DNA from: the human T2T-CHM13v2.0 reference genome, Homo sapiens
Reading direction: 5' to 3' (one strand)
DNA length: 64,000 nt
Assembly (NCBI RefSeq): GCF_009914755.1
Contig: NC_060936.1
Positions 27,384-38,984 of the stretch are shown here, one piece after another. Both the position numbers and the translations under genes were made by a program. The notes below the pieces were generated by a model. It was not told the DNA's origin. It saw only the letters and a program-made list of their open reading frames with translations, and did no database searches. The number at the start of each line of letters is the position of its first letter. The stretch's first letter is position 1.

Positions 27384-28894
27384 ATAATCTGCTAATTTGC
27401 TCCACAACATTTAATTATAATTTAAAAAAGAAAAATAATGTCACCACAAGTATCAGAGAAATTTCCTATAAACTAAGAATTTTCTAGTTGTTACTTAGAG
27501 TTCCTCATGCAAGATATTTAAATTAGGACTCTAAAGGGAAAGAGCAGAGGCATTTTCTATACTCAGAGACTGAGGAGTTATAAGCATTTTAAATATATTT
27601 TGATCATATTTATTAAGGATCAGAAGGCTTTTGAGAGCTAGTTTTAAAAAACCCTCTAAGTTTTAGAATAACCACCAAAGACATTTTAATTTGAAAGAAC
27701 AAACAGGATTATGAGAATAGGTAACTTTTTCCTCAAGGAGCTATAAATGCAAGTCATTAGTAAAGTTCATTCGCTCCATCGGAATTCATTTCTTATAAGG
27801 TCTGCTGGATAATTATTCTTTCTAAACACGACAACAAAAACTGAACAGATGTTTAGGTAGATAACAAGTTTGATGGATAAGATATAATGAATCTGTTCTT
27901 TTCATTGTTTTTAATAAAAAAGAAATATCTGATGGTAAGGTTTCTTCAAGGTTCTTAATAGAAATATGTTTCCTAGATTAAAGAAGAAGAAAAAAAGCTG
28001 GTATAGAACTTGATGTGATACTAGGATAATGAAAAATGTATCACTTAACAAGGTTTGCATTATTCAGAGTTATGCCCATGCAAGTGTGTGCTCTAATCCC
28101 CAGCCAATACGTTGCTTGGTAACCAGCTACCTGCACACCTGCTCTGTAGCTATAAGAGACAGTGCATGTATGGTTATTGGCCATATTTAGTACTGAAGAA
28201 AGAGATAAAAATCTAACAAATATTAATATTTTATACAAATATGTATCTTTTACCTTATTATTGTAGTCACTGTTTAGCCAAAGGTTTTTTATTTTCTAAA
28301 AAGAATTACTGTTTCCCATCACACCATCACCTCCTGAGTAGCAAGAGAAAATACTTAAATTCCTTTCAGAGCATCTGTAATCAACTCTGTTTGCCGCAGA
28401 CAACAGATGCTACCATTAGGAGGGATTTTGCACTTAAGAGAGAGAGGGAAGGCTGAATGGAGAATTTCCGTTTATAAAAGATTCCCACAGTGGAGGCAGA
28501 ATCATTCTAGAATTGGTCTGACCGTAAGAGTCTGTCTACTTGAAGGCTTGATTAATGCAGCCCTAGAAATATCAGTCATTGTGATTAGCCTATGGTGTAG
28601 CCAGATTGTTCCTGATTATCTCCCTCTCAAGTTATGGTAAAGAACAATTTTTCCATTGATTGTATGGCAGTGACATGGTGGGGCAGCCAGAATAGGCAAG
28701 CTTTGGGACCAACACATGAAGCCTTGTATTGTTTTTCTCCTATTAGAAGGCTGATTGCACACTATGCACTGGAGCCTCGGGGCTGCTAGAAAAGGGTGCC
28801 CCAAGGGCCTTGAAGTCATTTTCTCTAACTCCTGGTGGTATCACAGCATTTTTTAAAAAAAGAGTTAGAAAGTATCTTTAGAGATCATTTAGTT

Positions 28895-29005
28895 CATTGG
28901 TTCTTAGCTCTCCCTACACATTAAAATCACCCGGGGAGCTTTTAAAACATACTGGTGCCTGGACCCCAGCTCCAGAAGATTCTGATGCTAGGTCTAGGGT
29001 GAGAT
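28895..29005. mobile_element. MER5A-like fragment
   Basis: cacattaaaatcacccggggagcttttaaaacatactggtgcctggacccc...gattctgat. Confidence 0.7.
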
Positions 29006-30060
29006 TCACGCTAAAAAAGTCAAGAGGTAGAACAAAGCCAGGTATGTTATTCTAATCGATGGTCCCTCACTTAAGGGGGAACATCAACAGTGAGGAAGAG
29101 TCATTCCTTTTCCATTAGTTACCATATTTTTATTCTATTAGTTTTAATGAACGATTTTGTTCATTAAGCTAGAGCGGGGCTCTCCCAGTGCTCAGAAGCA
29201 AAGCAGCAGCCTGTTGGATCAGCCTGCTCTCACCTCCCTGCTTCCCTTGCTTCTTGGGAAATCATCCTGGAGCCACAGGTGGGCAATGAAGATTTTGCTC
29301 TGAGAAGGCTCTAACATAGATCAGACAAGTTCCTTAGAATTAACTCCTAGGCCACTTGGTTTTCAAGGCCATCTATTCGCCCTTGGTCTATTTTCTATCA
29401 CAGATGATGATGGCACATAGCCCATGTCCTGCTGTGGGATTAAAGGACAGCATTACCATACTTCAAAACCAAAATACCAACATTATAAAGATGCATCCAA
29501 AGTGAGTATCAATTCCCTATGAGATGTCTAGGGAGAAATGAAAATCTAAAGCCTTAATAAATCCAGATGAATTCAAGTCCAAAATCGTATTTTCTTGCTA
29601 CAGTGATTTGAAAGTCCAAGGAAATTAAAATCAATATTTCATCCTCCTCAGTTTGTTATTTTGATTAGTTTTAGTGAGAGATGTTCTGGATTCTGAATAG
29701 ATTGGGAATTTTCCAGAGACTGTAGTCCAGGTAGAATCTAAGTAGAACTGGGGAGTTCTTCTGTCCCTCAGCAGTTGTCTTGATACAATTCCAAGTCTCC
29801 ATGAATACCTCTTGTAAAGAATCTTGAGTGAATAGGGCATTAAAGATCATTGGTTAGAAAATAAGCCATCCCCTGGCCTTTGAACTGTTACTTCCTATCC
29901 CTGGTAAAATTGTGTTCCCAGAACACAGTATTTTACTTAAGAGTTGTCACAAGCTAGAGATACAATGGTAACTGCGTGGAGTCCCAAAAGAGGAAGAGTT
30001 CAGTTGCACCAGGAAGCCAGTCAGTTGATATCAGTTGTCCAAAACATATGACCTGTGACC

Positions 30061-30430
30061 TTAAATGCAATTGCAATGAGAGCAATATTCCAGCAAGAAG
30101 TCATCTAATTTGGGCACTGGGAACTTAGCATACTTGAGAGAAAACATTTCCTATATACCCGTCTCCTTCCTTTGACATGGTATTTGAGACATTGGTGACC
30201 TCGGAGAAAGAATAAAAATGTGCAATGGAGACAGCTCCTATCATTGGGTCTTAATAGAGCTGTATTTTTTCTCTTTGTTATCCCATACATTTGAAACTCT
30301 TCAAATTTATTTTCCCCTTTTGTATTTTCCCCTTTTAAATGCAATTACAGTGGGAAAAATATTCTAGCTAGCAGTTGGCTAATCTGGGCACTAGAAACTT
30401 AGCATACCTGGAAAACATAACCCTATATAC
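30061..30430. repeat. Diverged ~100-bp direct repeat (30061-30158 and 30335-30430)
   Basis: ttaaatgcaatt...aatattc...ctaat(t/c)tgggcact...aacttagcatac...gaaaacat...cctatatac present twice, ~80% identical by eye. Confidence 0.85.
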
Positions 30431-31139
30431 ACCCAGACTTCCATGGGGCTCTTCTGTATATATGGAGCTTAGCTGCTTCGCAGTTTAAAAGGCGCAGTTA
30501 AAAAAAAATCATTCCTCTTTCTGCCCCACCCCTCTATGGTCTGTTCCTCTCTTGTGATGAGGCTGGGCCGTTGCAGGGTTCTGTATATGCCATTCTGCAT
30601 CTTGTTTGTGGAATAAGCCACAAGAAGAAAAGATCAGCCAAGGGGAAAACTGCATATGGCCTCTTGTCCTGCTAGGCAGTTAAAAACCAACTGCCTAACT
30701 GTCAAAACCTGCCACATGGAACATCTAAGCTTCTCTACTCACCAGACGGCCTCAAATCATGGGGAGCACCAAAGGCTTGGGACTTATGTATCCTCAATTG
30801 TCAGCATTTTGTCTCATTTCTCAATATTCCTGGTTCATACATCAGTTGTGGGGACTGAGGGGGATGGCACTGAGTTTATTTTCTAAAATTGTAAGGCTCC
30901 TTGCTGTGTTGAAATGCAGAGTAGAAAATGTGCTTTCTGAGGTCAACTTGCCACCAAGAGAGAAGAAAGAGGAATGTCTTTTTTTTTTTTCCTGCCAAAT
31001 TCACCATCATATAAAATGCTATACCTGGAAGGGTGTGGAAGTAGGAGGACAGAAATAAGCCAGAAAGTTTATATTAATTGATGTCCTTTCACATTTAGGG
31101 AAACATCTGGAGTGGGAAAGAGATGTTCCCTTCTTAATA

Positions 31140-32165
31140 GTTGATGCTTCGCACTCACCTGTCTTATACCTGTTCTATATCCAATATCCACGTCTTCCTT
31201 TTTTTCCACTTCCTAAAAATCTGTACATCTACCCCTTTTGCTCTACCCACAATGCTACTGCCCAAGTCAGGCCTGTGCTTTCTCTTTTACTAAGAATTGC
31301 ATTCTCCTCATTATGGGGATTCTGGCCTTTGTGCTCTGCCTTCCTCCTGCTGCCCCTGCCGCAACACACAAACAAGTAAAACTGAAATCTTTATCTTTTA
31401 GAGCACCACAGTCATCATTTTATTGTATATATCAGATGGTGTTATTCAGTATCCATGCTCAGTATTCATCAGTAGCTTCCCATTGCCTAAAAGATATTTT
31501 TCAGCTCCTGTGTTTGGTCTGCAAGATCCTTCATAATTTGAAAGGTGGTTAAACGTGTGGATTCCAGAGATGAAGATGTTGCTTCAAAGCCATTGAGTAG
31601 CTATGAGACTTTGAACTAGTAACTTGACTTCTTTGTGCCTCACTTTCCTCATCTGTGAAATTGGGGTGATAATAATAGTACTTATTTTAAAAGGTTTTTT
31701 GGGAGATCAAATAATCTGAGTGAAATACCTCTCATTGTACCTGGTACATTAAAAGTGCTCAATGATGAATCATTATTTTAATGTGTCCTCTGCTCACTTA
31801 TCGAGCCCCATGTTCCATGGAATCCCCCATATTGTAGGGTCTACTCCCAGCTAATTGCTCTTTGACCCTGACCCATTTTTTCAGGTCGTTGTATCTTTCA
31901 TCCACACTAGTCTTTCTGTTGGAATGCCTTTGCCAATTTTGACTGCCTGGCAAACTCTTATTCATCCTTCAATTCTCAGGTAAACTGCTTGGTCCTTGGT
32001 GGACTTATGTGTTGATTCTCTTGGGCTCTCATTAATAAAGCTAATACCCCTGTTCTCCTAAGACTGTGCACTTCTGAGGCCAAGGATTGGGTCTTTCTGT
32101 CTATGTTGCTATGCCTCACACAGCAATAGCCACATGGAAGCTGCTCAGAAATGTTTATTGAAAGA
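31140..32165 (+). mobile_element. L2 fragment with an inserted MIR (~31545-31770)
   Basis: L2 gtagcttcccattgcc...; MIR ctttgtgcctcactttcctcatctgtgaaattggggtgataataatagtac; L2 3' end ctcagaaatgtttattgaa. Confidence 0.75.
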
Positions 32166-33784
32166 TTGGCCATCCAAATGCAAATGAGAAGGTTCTTTTC
32201 CAGGGGAAAATTTCAGGTTGTTAAAGCTTTGCAAATCTGGTATTTTATGGAGAGCTGACCCTTCATCCTATCATCTGATGCAATTCAGTGGAAACTTTAA
32301 ATGAAAAAAGAATCTTAGGATACAGAAAGGTAATTGCTATTTTTTACTTCAAACTGCTTTTTAAAGTCTAAATTCAGAATTAATAGAGAATTTTTTACCT
32401 GTACTAATATACGGTAGGGGTGCAAGGAAGGGGAGGATAATTCACATCTAACTTTTTGGCTACCTTCTTTGCTGAAATAACTTTTTTAAAACTAGCGACA
32501 CAGCTGATGCAATCTCTTTTCAATGAAGTGCAGTGTTGCCCTAAGTAAGTTGGTTAGTCTCAAGGCAAACAATTCATGTATACTGATCATCAGAGATTTT
32601 TTTTTAACTTCTTAAAAGGTCAATTGGTTTATTTTCATGTATTTAGCAATAGTTTACAAAGCAATCTTTTAGAGCTGTCATTGTATTAATTTTCATGGTT
32701 TTAGTAATTGTGAATTTTATATTTCCTTGGGAAGCAATTAATACATTTAGGAAACTCTCCTGGGTTTCATAAACACTTCCAATTAAAATGCATTGATTTT
32801 GCAGTGGTTTCTTCTTGGTTTTCATTTACAAAGACTTGAAAGCAATTTGGGTGGCTTTCTGTAACCTGAATGTTAGCAAAAATGGGACAACTGAAGATAG
32901 TACCTCTTATTGCCTTCGAAGTTAATTAGTTCCATAGGTATTATTAGCCTGTAAGCACCTGGAGGGCAAGGGTAATGTCTTATTCATTATAATCTCTCAC
33001 CCAGGGTCTAGCTGAGTCCCTGCATATATAAAGGACACAGACTGGTGTCCCAGCAGGAAGTTTGCATAATTAGAGAAGCTTTGCCATGGCCAGTGTGGAG
33101 CCTAGGAGGTGAATCAGCAAAGGGCTTGGGGCAGGAGCCTAGAAAGTGTGGGAAACAGGGCAAAAGCAACCTCTCAGAGGCACCTGAGCTGAGTCAAAAA
33201 TGGAAATATAGTAGAGGAGCCCTTCCTAGGAAGCCCAGGAAAGGGGAGGAGGATCCCATCAAGAGACTTCTGGATGTAGTGCAATTCCCTGAATACATTT
33301 GAGGTTGAGGTTGCCTGGAGAATAGGGCTGAATAGATGTTTGCAGAAACTTGGGAAAGATGCCAAAGTCTGGAGATAGGAGTTGTGGTGAAGAGTGTTTG
33401 TGATGCTTTCTCACTTTGGTGTGTGTGAGGGTGCACAATGTGTTGTTATGTGGGGTTGTATGCATGTGGCTCTTTATCAAGAACTAGGCCACTATTGGAG
33501 CAAGGGATTGGATTTTTCCCAGAGGCTAATTCTTAAGTGTAAGGATCAATAGATGTTTTGACATTGTGATGCTGACTGCCACTTTTTTGTTAAAGAGCAC
33601 AAAAGACAAAAAGTGGGTAGGAAAAAATCTAGATTTTCTTTTGTGATACCATCATAAATCTCCTATTAAGGAATCTTCTAGCCCAACCTTATTTCAGAGC
33701 TGAAGCAGCTAAGGACAGTTAGATTGTATGACTTGCTCCATTAGTGACAGAGATGAGACTAGACATTGGCATCCTTTAGTCTAA

Positions 33785-34475
33785 GAATCAGTCACTCAAC
33801 ACAGATTTATTGAGAACCTCCTAGATGCCAGGTCCTCATGGAGCTTACATTCCATGTGAAGAAGACAGACAATAAAGATGAATGAGAAAATTATGCCGTG
33901 CATCATAAATATGTTGTATCATATCATATTACATACAATGTGGAAAATGCTATGAAGAAAAAGCAAGGCATTTAAAATGGGGTGATCAGGGAAGGTCTCA
34001 GTAAGAAGATGGTATTTGCACAAAAAAAGAGGTAAGGGAATGAACCATGATGATATATGGGGGAGAACATTCTAGGCTGAGGGAATAGGAAGTATAATGA
34101 AGGCCCTGGGATTGGGAGGCAATGCTTGGTGTGTTTGAGGAATGACAGGGAGCTGGTGTGGCCGGAGTGATGAGCAGAGTAGTAGAAGGTGAGATCAGAT
34201 AATATGAAGGAGGGGGTGCAGATCAGAGAGAATGGTGTAGGCCAGGTAGGGCTTTCTCTTTGAGGTGGGAACCACAGGAAAGTTTTGAGCTACTTTATCT
34301 GTTTTAGATTTTAAGAGGATTATCCTGGCCGTTGGGCTGAAAATAAACTGAAAAGGGAAAAAGGAAAAGGGTAGAAGCACTGTGGCAGATGGGGAGGTCA
34401 TAACACTAATCCAGGAGCAGAATGACAGAAGCTTGTGGCCTGGGGGGTAGCAGTGAAGGTGGAGAGGTGATAAGA
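33785..34475 (-). mobile_element. L2a fragment
   Basis: tcactcaacacagatttattgagaacctcctagatgccagg...gggtgatcagggaaggtctc...ttttaagaggattatcctggcc. Confidence 0.8.
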
Positions 34476-34544
34476 TAATGATGATTACAACATTGACCTT
34501 GGTCTAGTTTATTTCAATTATCAAATAATTTTAAGTATTTATTA

Positions 34545-34774
34545 CAGGCTGAGTATCCCTAATCTGAAAATTTTAAATAAGAAATGCTTCAGTGAGCATT
34601 TCCTTTGAGCATCATGTCAGGGTTCAAAAAGTTTTGATTTTGGAGCATTTTGGATTTTCAGATATGGCATGCTGAACCAGTAAGTATATAATGCAAATAT
34701 TCCAAAATCCTAAAAAAAGTGAAGTCCGAAACACTTCTGGTGCTAAGCATTTTGGATAAGGGATACTCAACCTG
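34545..34774. mobile_element. Tigger4a (Zombi/MER46A)-like, full length, TA TSD
   Basis: TIRs CAGGCTGAGTATCCCTAATC / GATAAGGGATACTCAACCTG, each flanked by TA. Confidence 0.9.
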
Positions 34775-35673
34775 TATTTTCTAGGCATCTCGCTAAGGGC
34801 CGGGGATACAGAATTATATAAGAGCCAATTTCTACCCCTGAGGAACTCAATCTTATGTAAGAGACAACTATAAAAAATATTAGGAACATTACAATGTGTT
34901 TTGGCAAGCACAACAATAGAAATACATTCAAGGTGCAGATGCAGAACCAAAAAAGAAGGCAGGAAGGGCTTCTGTGAGAAGCTGTATTTTGAAAAAGAAA
35001 TAAGCTTTCTGGAGTTTCCCTCCCAGTAGCAGGAAAAGCAAGATTTGTAGGGCAGTATAAGCGATTGAGTTGTTCATTTCTGTTTCATTCTTAGTGCTGC
35101 AGTAGGTTCAAAGTATTGAAACGAGGATCCTCAAATTCTTGCCCTGTGCCCCAAGAACAGTCTGGCAGGGCTTGTGGTTTAAGGTTTGTCTTGGAGAATG
35201 AGTTCTATGTGGCACGAACAGCTAAGTGTAAAGATCCTAAAATATAAACTTGCTTTGTATGTGAAGAAACAACAGGAGGTTAGAGGGATGGAATGCCAAG
35301 AAAGAAGAAGAGCAAGACAGCCAGTCAAATGCCCTGGAGCCATGGGAAGAGCTTGGGGGCCATCAAAGGATTAATCTGGAATTGCAGGATGAGGGAGAGG
35401 GAGAGCGATCTCGATACTTTGAATTGAAAAGGAAAGTGACCTGAGAGGGGTGTGGTAGCTTCTTAGAGTTTGATAGGGATTCAAACTTCTAAGAGTTTGA
35501 TGGAGACTTCTTTAAGTACAGGATAGGAAGGCATCATACAATGGGAATGGTACACGGATGCTTGTGTGGAGGTGGTGGACAAGTCCAGCGGTCTTGGAGC
35601 AATGGCCAAGTTCCTCTGTGGACAACCCTACAACCAATGCAGAGTGACATCACTCACAAGGGGTTGTAGAGTG

Positions 35674-36470
35674 CAGTGATTAGAGCAGGGACTCTGGAGT
35701 CAGGCTGATGGGTCAAATCCCAGACTTACCAGCACCCTGGTGGTTACTTAATCTCTGTGCCTTGGCTTTCCCACATTCAAAAAGGGGCTGGTGGGAATAG
35801 TAGCAGAGAAGGAAAAACAATTTTCCCCTTATCCTTCTAAGTTCTCGACTGGGGTCTCTGTAACAAAAGATAGATTAGTAAGAGAAAAACAAACATGTTT
35901 ATTAACATGTTGCATTGTGCATGTGACATATGAGAATGCCCAAAAATGAGTACTTCAAAGAGGTGATTTAGAACTTTGGCTAACACAGCATCTTCTGCAC
36001 AGAACAAAACCTTTTTAGAGAAGTGACAAGACAAAGAAAAGGAAGCTTGAGTCTCTAAGGTAGCCAATTGAGGGAGGGCAAATACATGGGACACTAGTGG
36101 CGAGTCAAGGCTAATAGTGAAGTTCGTGACATAGATTCTTCTGGTGCCAGCTCCAGGATGATAAGGGTCTCAAGTCATGTCTGTCTGGTGATTAACTTTT
36201 TGTCCTCCTTGGACACAATTTATGTCCTGCTTTTAGGCCCTAGAAGGGAGACAGAGAAATTTTCTTACATCTGCTTGTTCTCTATTGTCTTTGGCTCAAA
36301 ATAATCCTCATGCCAAAGTGGCATATTTTGAGGCAGAATATTCTGCTACCCTTCAAGTATCTATCTCATAGAATTGCTATGAGGAATATGTAAGCTAATA
36401 TATGCAAATTGCTTAGAACAGGGGCTAGCATGTAGTAAGCGCTATATAAGTATATGCCATTGTTACTACT
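35674..36470 (+). mobile_element. MIR split by an ERV1 LTR
   Basis: cagtgattagagcagggactctggagtcaggctgatgggtcaaatccc (left); ctcatagaattgctatgagg...gcttagaacaggggctagcatgtagtaagcgct (right). Confidence 0.8.
35799..36355 (-). mobile_element. ERV1-class solo LTR (MER34/MER39-like)
   Basis: ctcaaaataatcctcatgccaaagtggcatattttgaggcagaatattctgctacccttca terminus; taacaaaagatagattagtaagagaaaaac. Confidence 0.75.
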
Positions 36471-36759
36471 ACGCTCTGGAAAAAGCATTTGCGCATGCCC
36501 TGCAGAGAGCTTTGACATAGGCTTTATGTAAGGAGAACAGTCACAATAAAGCTGACCACGTGGACTGGGGAGCTGACCTGTGTGAGCCCTTACAGAATTG
36601 GGATTCTTATGGCACTGAGAGGTGACTGGGATTGAATTTCTGACCAACTCTGGCTAAAAAAAAAAAAAAGGCTGAGGCAGTTTTAATTTGATCTAGAAAA
36701 ATAAATATGATGTTTCTCAAGTGTCTCATGAAGAAAATTCTTACTGGTTACATGAGCTT

Positions 36760-37700
36760 AGGGAACTCTAAGCTGCTATAAATTGCGGAAAGATAGTTCT
36801 GAGGTGAGGATAGGTGGCAAGTAACGGTGAAAGGTGAGCAGGGATCAAATCTAGATGGACCTTAAGTGCCCTTCTAGTGACCTTGGCCTTTATTCTGCAG
36901 ATGCTGGGGAGCCAGAGAAGGAATTTTAAGCAGGAACAACAGAATTCGATTTAGATCTTTAATAACATTGTTGGCAGCAGGAGCATAGACATAAAATTGT
37001 CAAGGCTAGAGAGAAAAAGTGATCAGTTAAAGGCTGTTGTGGCAGTTCTGCGGGGAAAGAACAGTGACCCAGATAAAGATATTGATGGCAGGGATAAAGA
37101 AGGCTCCATAGAGTGGAGACATATTTAGAAAACGTGGGGCTGGGCACGGTCGCTCGTGCCTGTAATCCCAGCACTTTGGGAGGCCAAGGCAGGCAGATCA
37201 CCAAAGGTCAGGAGTTTGAGACCAGCCTGGCCAACATGATGAAACCCTGTCTCTACTAAAAATACATAAATTAGCTGGGTGCGGTGATGGGCACCTGTAA
37301 TCCCAGCTACTCTGGGAGGCAGAGGTTGCAGTCAGCCAAGATTGTGCCACTGCACTCCAGCCTGAGCTGTAGAGTGAGACTCAGCCTCAAAAAAAAAAAA
37401 AAAAAAAAAAAGAAAAGAAAAAAGAAAAAAGAAAACATGGATCTGATATTGCAGACAAAGAAGTCGGGCTTTGGATATGAGGACTCCAGGAGGAAGAACA
37501 GGTTTGAGGATGACAGTGAGTTCCGTTTGGCTCCTGTTAAGCTTGAGGTGCCTGTGTCTAATAGGAGGTGTCAAATTCTGGCTAAGGCAGAGGTTTGGGA
37601 GTCCTAAAGATTGAGGAGGTAGAGTTGTATACGGCAGAATGGTAAAGTGGGAAGAGAAAGGGCTGAGGCCCGAAGCTTGGAAGCCCCAAAGGCTTTCGTT
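36760..37700 (-). mobile_element. L2 fragment split by an Alu
   Basis: tggcctttattctgcagatgctggggagccagagaaggaattttaagcagg; gagttccgtttggctcctgttaagcttgaggtgcctgtg. Confidence 0.7.
37138..37429 (+). mobile_element. AluS with ~30-bp right-arm deletion; TSD AGAAAAC(G/A)TGG
   Basis: cccagctactctgggaggcagaggttgca lacks the tgaggcaggagaatcgcttgaacc segment; TSD at 37127-37137 and 37430-37440. Confidence 0.95.
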
Positions 37701-38445
37701 GGGATCACTGAGAAGAAAGGTCAGACTGACAGAAAGATAACAGGGAGAGGAATGAGGGAAGATGTTGCTGGGATGCCTCCTGGTTAAATTCGGGGGTTTC
37801 AGGAACTGAGGACTTTGTTAGCACACTGCAGTAGACTGGCAGGGGAAGAGATCAGCTTTCAGTAAGTCAAGGCTCCCTGGAAAAACAGGAATGGAGCTTG
37901 AATTTTATTTTGGAGAAATGGTTGGCGCTCTGTGAGAGATATATTTGGAATCATTGTAAATATGGTTTTTCCTTGCATGAGTGAATCTTAGATAGTTAGG
38001 AATATTCAGAAACAATACAGCATTCAGTGGGAAAACACTCAGATGCCTCATTGGACTCAGTGGTGTCTTTTATTAACTGTAACACCTGCCATTTCACAGC
38101 CTGTGCTGCCGTCTCCAGATACAAAGTGAAGGGGGCCCTACAACAAGTATTGGGCTAATTGAAGCCTCCAAATAACAAAATAACAATCAAACTCTGTATT
38201 GCAGACTCAGTCATTTGTACATTCATGCATAAGCAATTTTTTTTTTGATGGAGTGAAATGTATCTGATCTGAACTGTTCATTTAACAAATATTAATGAAG
38301 TTGCCTTAACGTGCCAGGCACTGTGCTAGGCTCTAGAATTATGGTGGTGACTCAAATGGACTAGGTCTTTGCCCTGAGGTCATTAATGGTTTCATGTAGA
38401 ATGACAATACTAAAACAATAATTACATGTGTAAGGAAATAAATGA

Positions 38446-38584
38446 GGCCGGGTACAGAGGCTCATGCCTGTAATCCAGCAGTGAGCCATGATCGTACCAC
38501 TGCATACTCCAGCCTGGATGACAGAGTAAAACTCTGTCTCAAAATAAATACATAAATAAAAAATAATAAAATACTTTAAAAAAA
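38446..38584 (+). mobile_element. Internally deleted Alu (AluJ/FRAM-like); TSD GAAATAAATGA
   Basis: Alu 5' end ggccgggtacagaggctcatgcctgtaatccagca fused to 3' end gtgagccatgatcgtaccactgc...ctgtctc plus A-tail; TSD at 38435-38445 and 38585-38595. Confidence 0.88.
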
Positions 38585-38861
38585 GAAATAAATGAATAAA
38601 CACAGGGAGTACAGCAATATTCAGTGGTCAGGGGTGTGGACTCTATTCACCCCTTTACTTTCATGTGGTGTAGGTGAAAACACCATTTCTGATGTTTCCT
38701 CCATGTAGAGGGATATCTATCAGACATTCTACCTGGCGTCTGCTGCTCCATCATCACTGCATCCATCATCACCAGAGGAGTCTCCTCTCCTTCTGTGGGT
38801 GAGTTCTGGAGAAGACCTGGGCACACTGAGCTCAGCCACTTCCCCTTCCCGGTATGGGTCT

Positions 38862-38984
38862 TCCCTCATGACTTCACCACCACCTTAATCACCTCCTAAA
38901 GGCCTCACCTTTTAATTCTGTCACATGGGAGTTTAAGTTCCAACAAATACCTTTTGGAGGGGTACAAACATTCAAACCATAGCA
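38862..38984 (-). mobile_element. MaLR LTR fragment (MLT1A/MST-like terminus)
   Basis: ctcatgac...taatcacctcctaaaggcctcacc...ttttggaggggtacaaacattcaaaccatagca. Confidence 0.75.
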
